Source: a virus
Taxonomy: Duplodnaviria > Heunggongvirae > Uroviricota > Caudoviricetes
IMG/VR virus record: IMGVR_UViG_3300006149_000003
Length of the DNA stretch: 64,000 bases
Direction: 5' to 3' (one strand)
Shown here: piece by piece, positions 20,107-29,956 of the stretch
How positions within the stretch are numbered: position 1 is the stretch's first letter
How the letters are laid out: each line of letters starts with the position of its first letter
The notes under the pieces: model-generated
Told to the model about the DNA's origin: nothing
The model's input: the letters and a program-made list of their open reading frames with translations, nothing else
Databases searched by the model: none
Program-made: the position numbers and the translations under genes

Positions 20107-20937
20107 TTAGAATGAGCACTCACAAGGCAAGTTGCCATCATCTTGGACAAGTTTCCTTGCTGCCGCCCAGAACTTTTGCGGCTTAGTCTTCTCAGATGGT
20201 GGTAATGCTTTTTCTTTGAGCCTGGCAAATTCCATCTCAAAATCTGAAAGATAGCCCTGTTTGAGAATGCTGTATCCGATAGCCGCCTCAGCCTGTTTTG
20301 CTTTCTCCCAGATCTCGGGATAAAGACAATAGACAATAAACCAGTGCTGTTTACCAGCTTTGAGGCAACCGGTGCAATTTGCATGATTGAAAATGCTGTA
20401 GGTCTTCGGACGTTCGATCCCAACCTCTTCAATATTATGAACAGTACGTATCTCCCAGGTCAGCGGGTATTCCGTGTGATATCCCATAGCAGCCATGATA
20501 CCAACCCTACGCTGAATACGATGCTGCTCATTAGTATCAAAGCCGTAGACCAGAGAAATATCGTCCCTTATCTGGGGAGGATTTGTGGGATAGTGCTCGG
20601 ATAACCACTTATGAAACGGTTCGGTCTTTAGCCTGTTTGTGCAGAAAGCGGTTGACTGAGCGCCAGACTTGAACGCTTTAATTTCCATACACACATCAAA
20701 CTGGTCTTTGACTTCCCATCCAGGCATATTGGCATAAGTGATAGGAACGCCCAAATAATCCGAAACCTCATTCTTAAAACGTTTGATATCTTCGTCTTCG
20801 GTACGGGGACATAGGTCATGATTGAGCAAAATCGTGTTCTCTGCCCCGTACCTTCTGACTACCTCCACGGCGGCGATTGCTGAAGAATGACCGCCAGAAA
20901 AACATACGATGTGTTTCATACCGACCACAACCATCAC
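20107..20937 (-). CDS. PP-loop ATP pyrophosphatase family protein (adenine nucleotide alpha hydrolase)
   Basis: N-terminal HIVCFSGGHSSAIAA (SGGxxS PP-loop), C-terminal Cys motif NCTGC...C. Confidence 0.55.
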   Translation of the reverse strand: MMVVVGMKHIVCFSGGHSSAIAAVEVVRRYGAENTILLNHDLCPRTEDEDIKRFKNEVSDYLGVPITYANMPGWEVKDQFDVCMEIKAFKSGAQSTAFCTNRLKTEPFHKWLSEHYPTNPPQIRDDISLVYGFDTNEQHRIQRRVGIMAAMGYHTEYPLTWEIRTVHNIEEVGIERPKTYSIFNHANCTGCLKAGKQHWFIVYCLYPEIWEKAKQAEAAIGYSILKQGYLSDFEMEFARLKEKALPPSEKTKPQKFWAAARKLVQDDGNLPCECSF

Positions 20938-21076
20938 TGGCTGAGGTCAACTGCCTAATCCTCCTAAGCTACTTTCCACAAACCTAAAGTCCGTGTTTGA
21001 ATAATTTCACGCTGTAACAGGCAGCTTTACCATGTACTTATCAATCTTACATGAACCTGGTTTACCAGGATTGGTA

Positions 21077-21352
21077 TTAACTCCTTCCGTTGTTATTGTT
21101 CGTTTGTGAACTCTTGAAGTATTTTCCGATTGTAGCCAGTGTTGCACAGGCCAATGGAATGAAATCCGGGGTAAATCGGGTTGTGTTGAACATTAGGTTC
21201 ATGCCACCAGCGATGGCATTGCCAACACATACTTTTAGTATCCAGCCACCGATCCATGCACACCCAAATGTGAGAACCGGACTGAAAACCAGCAATCCGA
21301 TAAATCCTAAAATGGTCGTTACAATGCCGATACCCTCAAATGTCCTTTTCAA
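21077..21352 (-). CDS. small integral membrane protein
   Basis: 91 aa, two hydrophobic helices. Confidence 0.35.
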   Translation of the reverse strand: MKRTFEGIGIVTTILGFIGLLVFSPVLTFGCAWIGGWILKVCVGNAIAGGMNLMFNTTRFTPDFIPLACATLATIGKYFKSSQTNNNNGRS

Positions 21353-21369
21353 AACTTACACTCCTTTAC

Positions 21370-22376
21370 TTATTCAATAGGCACACCGATATACTCAAGC
21401 ACTCTCTGCATACCAAGACCATGTTCTTCCCACGGCTTCATGCAGTAGCTCCAGAGTTTTGGGTGGGTTGTTTTCAGACGTTGGAAACGGTTCGGTGCCT
21501 TTTCCAGATGAGCGCCAAAGGCACAAAAGACACAGCCAGTACGCTTTTCTCCTGTTGTTGTCCACCCCCCCCGTCAGTCTTAATGATCTCGCCATAGACA
21601 GGTGCATAGGGGATTTGGTAAGTGTAAAGATATTCGAGTACGTCTTCCTCTGTCCAAAACGACATAGGCTGAGAACTGGGTTTCTTGCCAGAAAAGGCGT
21701 TGCACCCCATACGCAACCATGTAGCGCGGCGGGATCGGCTCTCATTCGCCATTGTTGCGATGATAGGCACTCTTCCAGTTTCCTTAGCGTATTTCTTCAT
21801 GGGGCGCTTTTTCATAACAGCACAGCATCGGGAAGATACCTTAAAGGGCGCATCCAGCAGATAACACCATTTCTCACAATTAAACTCTGAGGGTGTCCCA
21901 TTGCTCCGCATAATCTCGCCGTGTAGTTCCTTCCACCGGAAGGAGCCAGGCTTATGCCCGTACTCTACTGTGTCAGCTACACGCTTGGAAACCACAGGAT
22001 ATCCGTATACCTCAATAACTTTTCGGAAATTCATCTCAGGTTTTACCACTACCACATTGTCTCGGCTCATGGCAAATTGGCGAACCTCTGGAAACTCTAA
22101 CCCAGTATCCGAGAACACAGCCGGCACATCAGGATAGATACGCCGCACAATATCAAGGAGTACGGTCGAGTCCTTGCCGCCAGAAAAGGCCACATAGACC
22201 TTGCCATTGTAATGCTGATACCATTCGATGATCCGAGCTGTGGTAATCTGGATTTTGCGGGGAAGAGGCAGACGCTGCATTTCTTCCAGTTGTTCCTTGC
22301 TATGCAAAACGTCCACCTCCTTGCCCGCCACCGCCTCCTCCATCAAACAGATAGAGGAGAAGCAGTAGCAAAGCAC
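21370..22376 (-). CDS. PAPS-reductase/TtcA-like PP-loop protein (frameshifted at C8 tract 21565-21572)
   Basis: VAFSGGKDSTVLLD PP-loop. After the Gly run the current frame gives nonsense; adding one G/C restores a conserved-looking tail GCVFCAFGAHLEKAPNRFQRLKTTHPKLWSYCMKPWEEHGLGMQRVLEYIGVPIE ending at 21370. Confidence 0.6.
21565..21572. repeat. C8 homopolymer tract in PAPS-reductase-like gene
   Basis: Seen directly; +1 restores a conserved-looking C-terminus. Confidence 0.9.
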
Positions 22377-22409
22377 AACCTATGAAGATATAAACCTCAT
22401 TTGACATAA

Positions 22410-22868
22410 TTAACTCCCATGGTCTTCGGTAGCCTTCGGCAGAGCAGGCTGATGAGTAGTAGCCAACCAGTAATTGATGACTTTGTTGTAGCTGTTGTCA
22501 TTGCCCATGAAACGCTTGAGCATAGCGGCCATCAAACCAGTCTCTGCGCTGAAGGTGTCTCCCTGCTGACACTTCACCACAGTCTTCGTACCGTCACTCC
22601 AATAGACAATGGTAGCGGGATCGTTAAAGATCAAACGCTCAATCTCAGGAAGAAGTGTGTCGGAATGCTGCCGCATATGCCGCAGTGCAGCGTTCCAGCC
22701 ATTGTGAAATCCCTCGTGATCCATTGCCGTCTCAACCCCTTTGGATTCAGCAGGCAAAGACAGAAGCCGACGCAAATCACCATTTACTGGTACAGCCACA
22801 AAATTTGCGAGGGGGGGGTGAACCTGAACAGCCCTCAGCGGATACAAACTCATTTCATTGTTACGCAT
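22410..22868 (-). CDS. hypothetical protein
   Basis: 152 aa; AGGAGG SD before ATG; contains in-frame C8 tract near the N-terminus. Confidence 0.35.
   Translation of the reverse strand: MRNNEMSLYPLRAVQVHPPLANFVAVPVNGDLRRLLSLPAESKGVETAMDHEGFHNGWNAALRHMRQHSDTLLPEIERLIFNDPATIVYWSDGTKTVVKCQQGDTFSAETGLMAAMLKRFMGNDNSYNKVINYWLATTHQPALPKATEDHGS
22811..22818. repeat. G8 homopolymer tract near the 5' end of gene 22410-22868
   Basis: Seen directly; currently in frame. Confidence 0.9.
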
Positions 22869-22891
22869 TGCATTTTCCTCCTATAATTTGG

Positions 22892-23812
22892 TTAATGTGC
22901 ATGACGGTCACAGTCATTCAAGACCATAACCTGATTCCAGATATCCTCACCGAGCAAGCCTTTGAACTTTCTCTCCGTCTTGTTCGGGTTATCTGACTTT
23001 TCTACTGCGAAAGGTGCCATATGCCAGCGAATCAAAAGTGCTACTTTCAACCTTTCGTGCAGAGTCAAATCGGTAGTGTGGGCAAAGCTCTCATAAGCAC
23101 CGACACGCTCATGTTGATAAAAATGAGCAATATCTGTAGGTTCACCTTTGGCATTACAGAAAACTTTCGTATACTCCTTGCCAATATCGTGAATCGCTAC
23201 CGCCCGGCCCAAAGAGATATCATTCACCCACTGGGGATACTGTTTGTCGAAATACTCATAGGCCGTTAGCATATGTTGCCCTACAGTAAACTCATGATGG
23301 GGATTATCGTGCTCCAGAGCTGCAAGGCGGGAGAGCAGAAGGCTGATACCGCCGATAAACGGTTCCACACCCTCAACCCAGATTTCGTCCCAGCCTTCAG
23401 CTTCCATAGGGATATCAAAACCCCGGTACATTCGGTCGATCACATTCTCTGGAACACTACGTTCACGGTTGGCGTTGCGCTCTACACAGAGGATATACGG
23501 CGTCGCCATGAAAACGCACACTTTCTTGATCTGGGGATTAACAGCGGTGACACGATGCAGAAATCCCATTCGGCGCTTGTAACTGACATTCGTGGCGTCG
23601 TAGACCACATCTTTACCAGCACGCAAATCGGAGAGCACACGGTCATGGAGCGTCTGGAATACCAGCTCCTGGTGGTTTTGGTCGGAGATGTCACTCAGTA
23701 GCTCTTCACGAATGGTATCACTGGAATGGATCACGGCGTCAGGCAACTTGTTCTCGGCATACCAAGACTTTCCACTTCCAGGAAGACCAACCATCATATA
23801 GAAGCACTGCAT
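22892..23812 (-). CDS. polynucleotide kinase (P-loop) fused to HD-domain phosphohydrolase, Pnkp-like RNA/DNA end-healing enzyme
   Basis: N-terminal MVGLPGSGKSWYA Walker A; C-terminal HDIGK...H...H...D HD motif pattern. Confidence 0.6.
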   Translation of the reverse strand: MQCFYMMVGLPGSGKSWYAENKLPDAVIHSSDTIREELLSDISDQNHQELVFQTLHDRVLSDLRAGKDVVYDATNVSYKRRMGFLHRVTAVNPQIKKVCVFMATPYILCVERNANRERSVPENVIDRMYRGFDIPMEAEGWDEIWVEGVEPFIGGISLLLSRLAALEHDNPHHEFTVGQHMLTAYEYFDKQYPQWVNDISLGRAVAIHDIGKEYTKVFCNAKGEPTDIAHFYQHERVGAYESFAHTTDLTLHERLKVALLIRWHMAPFAVEKSDNPNKTERKFKGLLGEDIWNQVMVLNDCDRHAH

Positions 23813-23813
23813 T

Positions 23814-24617
23814 TTACTTACCCTCCTGTAATTCCATCAGAAACCGCCGCTTCAAAATCTCCACCGTCGCTGTCTGTAGCACCTGATCGGCGTGCTGATT
23901 GATTGCGAGAGGCACTGTATCCATATATTGCTTTTTATCGGCGATCATGGAATCAACTGCCTCCTGCATAAGCTGCCGCGCCTCCTCTAAGGTGTGACAC
24001 CCTCTTTTTACCTCTACAAGGTAATCCGACTGTTTGCTAACCAGACAATCAAAATAATTTTCGCCGGCCATATAGCGGGTCATAAATTCCCGCATCCGCA
24101 AGGCATGATGAAGCTGCTTAGGGTCGTACCCAAATTGCTCAATCTTGGCAAGAGCGGCGGGATAAGGATGCTCCATAGCGTGTTGCTTTTCCAACGCCAT
24201 ACCCAGCAGACAACTCATACCAGCATAGTTGTTATAGCGGGCAATATCTTCTCTGGCGTCCAACACCGATTGAAACAGATCGGTGTAGAGCGGGTTGATA
24301 ATGCAGTAGGGCGTGAACAGAATCTCAATGAAATTGACGTTTTGTTTGCGAATACACTCAAACATGAGCCGAATATCCTTAAAGTCCACGTGCTCATCGT
24401 TTTCCATAACATGGGTGGTGCTGACGGGCTTGTGGGTAAGAACGAAATCTGAGAAGCTGGGGAGTACGATTGCCTTGGTATCAATATCGCTACTCTCATA
24501 ATCCAGTTTGTAATTTTGTGAACCTTGCAGGAACAGGCCAACCCACGCATCTCCGAAGTGTTCTTGAACGGTAGCCAAATGCTCTTGCATCCGAGCCATA
24601 ATGCGCTCCTTATTCAT
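23814..24617 (-). CDS. Pol-beta-superfamily nucleotidyltransferase domain protein
   Basis: GSQNYKLDYESSDID (GS...D.D NTase motif), 267 aa. Confidence 0.5.
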   Translation of the reverse strand: MNKERIMARMQEHLATVQEHFGDAWVGLFLQGSQNYKLDYESSDIDTKAIVLPSFSDFVLTHKPVSTTHVMENDEHVDFKDIRLMFECIRKQNVNFIEILFTPYCIINPLYTDLFQSVLDAREDIARYNNYAGMSCLLGMALEKQHAMEHPYPAALAKIEQFGYDPKQLHHALRMREFMTRYMAGENYFDCLVSKQSDYLVEVKRGCHTLEEARQLMQEAVDSMIADKKQYMDTVPLAINQHADQVLQTATVEILKRRFLMELQEGK

Positions 24618-24921
24618 CGCTACACTCCTTCTTTCTCACACAGTCTCGTAAAATCCGCTGATAGAGGGAGGGGTCATACCCCTCCATATCAGCCCAGAAC
24701 ATCAAATACTCTGTGGTGTACTGATCGGTCACATCACCGGAGACATCGTAAAGCCGGCCACCGATTTCCTGAACGAAGTGGTTAATCACTGGCTCATACA
24801 TCATGTTTCCGCCAAATCTCTCTTGAAGAATAAAGGCAAACCAGTAACAGCAGCCATTTAGAAAAACCTCCTCAGAGCCTTTGAAGTTCTGGATAAAGTT
24901 GAGGATTGTAGACTTATTCAT
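24610..24921 (-). CDS. hypothetical protein
   Basis: 103-aa ORF. Confidence 0.3.
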   Translation of the reverse strand: MNKSTILNFIQNFKGSEEVFLNGCCYWFAFILQERFGGNMMYEPVINHFVQEIGGRLYDVSGDVTDQYTTEYLMFWADMEGYDPSLYQRILRDCVRKKECSDE

Positions 24922-26402
24922 CCCTCTTCTTCCATAACCTCCACCTCCTGGGCTTCCTCCATATCCGGCGCAGCGGCGGTATCTTTAATAAGCCCCTCCA
25001 GTGCCTTGAAGTAGAAGTTCTTATGCTTGTAGGCCGCAAACTTGGGACGATTGACAATCCGACACACAACGCCCTCTCGAATATGGGTTTTGCCAACAGG
25101 GTCGGGGCCGTCATAATACCTCTCTGCGATAGCTTTGATGTATTCGCCAGCGTCCACAGCTTGGGGAGAACCCACAGCGTCGGGAAGCTGAACCATATCC
25201 GGGATAAAGCAACGCCAGAACAGCGGCACACACTTGACACCCATCTGTTCACAGCGATAACGCATGAAGTCGGGCGGGTACTCCACCACATCACCATCCT
25301 CGTTGGTCATGGTCATCCGGTAGACATAGATGTCGGATTTGGGAACAGGCTCGGCAGATACTCCAGAACCGTCTGCTGTCGTTTTCTTGCCGGTAGGATC
25401 GCAGCCATAGCTAAAGAAAGTGGTTTTGCCGTACTGTTTGGAAAACTCCTTGTCACCAATCTTGGCGTTATTGCTAGGAGACATGATGGGCGTGCCATCA
25501 TCCGTGAAACCCACCACCTCATAGTAGACCTCCTCGCCTTTGTGGAGCTTCCCTTCAAAAATCTTGGCGTGCTGTTCACGGAAAGCATTGCTACCATAGA
25601 AACCTCCGTCAAAGCTATCCAACACTACACGGCGGGTTCCGGTAACATAACCCCAATCATAGATGGGCGTCCGCTCAATCATAGAGCGTAGCCAGTTCGG
25701 AGTTTTATCGCTCTCAAACAGCCGCTTTTGCAAACCGTTCTTATACTTGTAGCCTTGAAGCACAGGAAGATAGCCAGTACGCTGACTGGTGCCGTGCATT
25801 TTCAGCGTGATCTCTACCAGGTCGCCGGCACGGAAAGCAGACAGATTGTAGGCAAGCTGCTCTGTATCGGCGTGTTCCATGAAGAGCGGAGAAATCGGAT
25901 CGGACTTCTTGCGGACACGACTTCCGCCGCCAGGACTTCCACCACTACGGTTGCGCTTAGGAATGTACTTCTCACAGATGGTGATACCGTTCACGACAGA
26001 AATTGTGTCTCCATCTTTCAGCAAAGAGGTATCAATAAATCCCTCCATGCAGGAGATGGGCAGAAACAAGCCATCACTTTTTTCTCCTCGGAGCTTCAGC
26101 GCCTTAATGTTGCGCTTCTCTGGATCGAGGTAGCCGCCGGCGGGGTTGCCGTTCTCATCTTTTCGCCGCAGAAGGTCGTTCTTCTGAGCGAACTCTACAC
26201 CGAGCTTGCCGTCTACGGGGAAGTAGACCCCCAGCTGGTCAGGTTCGGTTCCAAGATCCACAATTACCGTGTTCCCAAAGCACTCGCCACAGAGCAGACG
26301 ATCAGCGTTGGTGTGCTTACGCAGATTGCGGATTTTGGTGACATACGCACAATACATTTGCATCTCTCCTTTGATTTTATTCGTTGTTAATAGAAAAAAC
26401 AA
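24918..26402 (-). CDS. ATP-dependent RNA ligase-like nucleotidyltransferase with N-terminal tRNA-binding (EMAP/Trbp111-like) OB domain
   Basis: Motif I KSDG (LKLRGEKSDGLF); N-terminal YVTKIRNLRKHTNADRLLCGECFG resembles tRNA-binding OB domains; probable start MQMYCAY. Confidence 0.55.
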   Translation of the reverse strand: MFFLLTTNKIKGEMQMYCAYVTKIRNLRKHTNADRLLCGECFGNTVIVDLGTEPDQLGVYFPVDGKLGVEFAQKNDLLRRKDENGNPAGGYLDPEKRNIKALKLRGEKSDGLFLPISCMEGFIDTSLLKDGDTISVVNGITICEKYIPKRNRSGGSPGGGSRVRKKSDPISPLFMEHADTEQLAYNLSAFRAGDLVEITLKMHGTSQRTGYLPVLQGYKYKNGLQKRLFESDKTPNWLRSMIERTPIYDWGYVTGTRRVVLDSFDGGFYGSNAFREQHAKIFEGKLHKGEEVYYEVVGFTDDGTPIMSPSNNAKIGDKEFSKQYGKTTFFSYGCDPTGKKTTADGSGVSAEPVPKSDIYVYRMTMTNEDGDVVEYPPDFMRYRCEQMGVKCVPLFWRCFIPDMVQLPDAVGSPQAVDAGEYIKAIAERYYDGPDPVGKTHIREGVVCRIVNRPKFAAYKHKNFYFKALEGLIKDTAAAPDMEEAQEVEVMEEEG

Positions 26403-26422
26403 AAAAGAATAAATATAGGGGG

Positions 26423-27577
26423 TTAGGAATACATAGCTTTCAGCCTATGCGCCACACTCGCAACACCCTGAGCAGCTTGACGCATTTCATCTTCCGTAGT
26501 ATCAAACCCCATTGAAATACGGACGGTACAGGCAGCGCTTTCCTCAGATAATCCAATTCCACGCAGAACGTGTGAAGTTGTGGCGTCGGATGCGCTGCAA
26601 GCGGAACCAGCAGAAAGGTAGATGTCTTGCTGATCCAGCAACAGAAGTAAAGATTCGCTGTTGACTCCCGGCAGTGTCAAGCTGATGATAGCGGAGGAAC
26701 GCCGGTCGGTATCGCCGTTGATATGAAACTCTCCATCCATTTCGACATTAAGCTCATTCAAAAACACATCCCGCAAATGTGCCCACTGTGCCATCTGCCT
26801 TGGCAGGCGCTTGGTCGCTATCTCTGCCGCTTTGCCAATCCCCACGATTCCTGGTACATTCTCGGTGCCGCCTCGCAATCCACGCTCCTGACCTCCACCA
26901 TAAACCCACGGTTCCTTTCTGATTCGATTGGAGATATACAGCACTCCAATTCCCTGGGGTGCTCCGAACTTATGACCGGAGAGAGATAGGAAGTCCACAT
27001 TATAGGCGTGAACGTCGATTGGAACGTGACCCGCCGCCGCTACTGCGTCTGTATGGAAAGGAACGTCATACTTTTTACAAAGTGTTCCGATTTCTTTGAT
27101 AGGATTCACCGTTCCAAGTTCGTTGTTGACCCACATGACAGAAACGGCACCCAGCTCTTTCTTGTTTTCAATGATAAGCCGCTCCAAATCATCCAGGTCT
27201 ACCGAGCCGTCCGACCAAACCCTTGCGTATTTCATAACAACGGGGAGCGGGCATACACACGCATTTTTCAACGGTTCAGAAATCGAATGATGCTCAATCT
27301 CGTCCGTAAGGACAACGTGTTTGGTCAGACATCGGAACCAGGCGTTGTTCGCCTCAGTTCCGCCGGAGGTAAAAAATATCTCCGAAGGGTCTGCACCGAT
27401 CATTAGCGCTACCTGTTCTCGTGCCTTTTCGATAGCGTGGCGGGCGTTGATACCCTGGGAATGGATACTGCTGGGGTTTCCAACATGACACGTCTGAAAC
27501 CATGGAAGCATGGTATCCAAGACTTCGGGAAAAGGTGCGGTCGATGCCGCATGGTCGAGATAGACCAATGATATCAC
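26423..27577 (-). CDS. cysteine desulfurase (class V aminotransferase, IscS/NifS family)
   Basis: DHAASTAP...GNPSSIHSQG, PLP-lysine SGHKFGAPQGIGVLY, active-site SAGSACSA. Confidence 0.85.
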   Translation of the reverse strand: MISLVYLDHAASTAPFPEVLDTMLPWFQTCHVGNPSSIHSQGINARHAIEKAREQVALMIGADPSEIFFTSGGTEANNAWFRCLTKHVVLTDEIEHHSISEPLKNACVCPLPVVMKYARVWSDGSVDLDDLERLIIENKKELGAVSVMWVNNELGTVNPIKEIGTLCKKYDVPFHTDAVAAAGHVPIDVHAYNVDFLSLSGHKFGAPQGIGVLYISNRIRKEPWVYGGGQERGLRGGTENVPGIVGIGKAAEIATKRLPRQMAQWAHLRDVFLNELNVEMDGEFHINGDTDRRSSAIISLTLPGVNSESLLLLLDQQDIYLSAGSACSASDATTSHVLRGIGLSEESAACTVRISMGFDTTEDEMRQAAQGVASVAHRLKAMYS

Positions 27578-27660
27578 TCCTTCGTATAAGAAGAGGCTCA
27601 GACCGTAGACAGCCGGCGTGCTACTCTATCGTTCTGAGCCTCCTTTGATTTTATTCGTTA

Positions 27661-29220
27661 TTAGTCGTTGACAACAGGACGCAGTGCGTCCTCGATAGGC
27701 TGGTAGCGCTCAGTGTTCAGCGTTTCCAACAGACACTCATAGGGATCGAGCTTGCCACTCATCACCATCTGAGCGATGTTGACGGAGAAACCGCTGACCA
27801 GCGCCACGCCCATGTCGTTCTCCCTAACGGGAATCGTCCCAGAGCGGCTGGCAACATTCCAGAACACCAATCTGGGCATTTTGTAACCTGCCTGCTGATA
27901 CCGCCTATTGATCTCGTCAAAAAGGCGGGCGTTTGGCCTCTGCGTGTTGTAGCTCCACCGATCTCTCGAAGGAGCACCGCAGCTGGCACAAGCATCAAAC
28001 TCCATATCGGAAATGATGAGAATGTTGGCAGGCAAGTCATTCTGATTCATATGCTTAGAAACCGCTGTTTCCAGGATGAGATCAAAGACTGCCTCCACGT
28101 TGGTATTGGCTCCAGCATGGCAAGCATGGACAATTTGAAGCCGCTCATAGAGGTTCTTGCCACTGGAGATGTCGAGGAGCTGCGGTCTGTCGGAGAAGGA
28201 CATATACTGATCCTTGAATTGACCAGAAGATCGCTCGGCAAAATAGATCGCCAAGGCGTTTGCCACCTCCAACGGACGAGCGGAACTCCCAGGGAGCATC
28301 ACCCACTCCATACTTCCGCTATCGTCCATAACCACCATCGTGTTTCCACAACCCTGTACCGTGTCAGGCAAATTCTGCCACAATGCCTCCAGTGTGGCGT
28401 CCACGCCGTGGCTCTGACGATACTTGTTGACAATATCGTGCGGGAACAGCGTACCAGCGTTGATCTTGGCCTCGCCGTTCTCCACCCGACTAAGGAACTC
28501 ACGGCGGCGCTCCTCATCGTGGCGGAGGAAAGCCTTGTTGTAAATCAGGTTGGCACGGGAGGGGACTCGCTGGTAATCAATCCCGTCCCAATCGTTCTTG
28601 GACATCTGCTGCTCCACAACAACCAGGTAACGGGACAGGCCAGAAAGAGTATGCCGATAGGTACGCTCGGTCATATTCAACCCTTCGCACAGAATACGGG
28701 CGTAATGACGAGACTCCTTAGAAGAGGACTTGCGGCGCGGCATCCACTTTGCCAGCAGAGAGATCGGCTTCTGCTCGACGTTGTTATGCAGATCGTCATG
28801 CAGCTGCCTTGCCACCAGCTCAATCACCTTATCGCCCACCGGCGTATCCAGCAGACACCAGAGATCGTCCCAACGCCCATACTCAGGCACCAACGACAGC
28901 ACCGGTGTAACGTACTCCGGAAACTTCTTTGCCATCGGCACCATAGCCGCACGAAACAGTCGGCGCTCACCCAGCCCGCCACGCACATCGCGGGCAAAGA
29001 ACAGCCACTTCATCGCTGTCACCTTATCCTCGAAAAACGCCTGGGTGAAGCGATCCGCGATCTCCTTAACGCTGGCGTTACGGAGAGACGCCACGGCAAA
29101 GTTGAGATCCAGCAAAGATCGACCAGTGGTGCGATAGCCGACCGCCCCATTCTCGGTAACAGAGATATTGTTTGCGCCGTCCAGCATCGTGTCCTTGACA
29201 CTTTCCATAAAGTTGCTCAT
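27661..29220 (-). CDS. vWA (MIDAS) domain protein, DUF2828/Ro60-TROVE-like
   Basis: 519 aa; MIDAS VVMDDSGSM in C-terminal half; N-terminal alpha-helical region. Confidence 0.5.
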   Translation of the reverse strand: MSNFMESVKDTMLDGANNISVTENGAVGYRTTGRSLLDLNFAVASLRNASVKEIADRFTQAFFEDKVTAMKWLFFARDVRGGLGERRLFRAAMVPMAKKFPEYVTPVLSLVPEYGRWDDLWCLLDTPVGDKVIELVARQLHDDLHNNVEQKPISLLAKWMPRRKSSSKESRHYARILCEGLNMTERTYRHTLSGLSRYLVVVEQQMSKNDWDGIDYQRVPSRANLIYNKAFLRHDEERRREFLSRVENGEAKINAGTLFPHDIVNKYRQSHGVDATLEALWQNLPDTVQGCGNTMVVMDDSGSMEWVMLPGSSARPLEVANALAIYFAERSSGQFKDQYMSFSDRPQLLDISSGKNLYERLQIVHACHAGANTNVEAVFDLILETAVSKHMNQNDLPANILIISDMEFDACASCGAPSRDRWSYNTQRPNARLFDEINRRYQQAGYKMPRLVFWNVASRSGTIPVRENDMGVALVSGFSVNIAQMVMSGKLDPYECLLETLNTERYQPIEDALRPVVND

Positions 29221-29298
29221 ATTCTCTTACCTCCTATAATTTTGAGATACCTCGGAACACAGTTGTCATCTTGCTATTGCTGTATGTGTTCAGAGAAT

Positions 29299-29422
29299 TG
29301 GAGCGGCAGGTAGGAATCGAACCTACGAATGGCAGCTTGGCTTCCTTTTTACCTTGCTGTTAGTGAAACTTCCGCTTCACATTTTTTATAGGGCTGCTGT
29401 GTTACCACTTCACCACTGCCGC
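29299..29422 (-). tRNA. tRNA gene with about 49-nt insertion in anticodon loop (isotype unresolved)
   Basis: Acceptor GCGGCAG/CTGCCGC, T-arm GTAGG-TTCGATT-CCTAC, CCA encoded, anticodon stem GCAGC/GCTGC enclosing 56 nt instead of 7. Confidence 0.55.
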
Positions 29423-29636
29423 ATAGTTGCTTGTCTTTCCAAGCTGCCACAGCCCAGTTCAAGATATTTGGGCTGATTATCTGGCGCTTATTTTCAGAGC
29501 AGACGTAAGCGATCCCAAAGCCCTGCCCTTATCCATTCATTAGCGAGAATGGATTTCGCTTGCGTTTTATCATCCGCAACTACGCCGGTTTTTTTCTTGA
29601 CGACTCGAAAGAACACCGGAAAACAAAGGAGTCTTG

Positions 29637-29760
29637 TGCCAGGGGTGGGAATCGAACCCACGACCACGGGATTAAAATTCCTTCAATCATTGCTGTGAGC
29701 GTTTCATACGATACGCATTGATACGCGCTCTATCCACTGAGCTACCCTGGCTTGAGGTGA
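29637..29760 (-). tRNA. tRNA-like gene with intact acceptor, D- and T-arms but disrupted/inserted anticodon region
   Basis: Acceptor GCCAGGG/CCCTGGC, D-arm GCTCAGTGGATAGAGC, T-arm GTGGG-TTCGATT-CCCAC; 64 nt between D- and T-arms containing the conserved ...CTCACAGCAAT module. Confidence 0.4.
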
Positions 29761-29956
29761 TAGGGTATGGGCCACTCTCCCATACAAACAGTGTTCTCCA
29801 CGGTTGCGCACCCGTTTCAATAAACATGACGTTTACAATCTTTTCGTCTATGCTACACCGTTTTACATAAGGGTTCATCCGTCGTTTTTGTACATCGGGC
29901 AGCTACTCCCAATGCGCATGGTCAGCTATTCCATGACGCCCTTCTTTTTAGTCACA

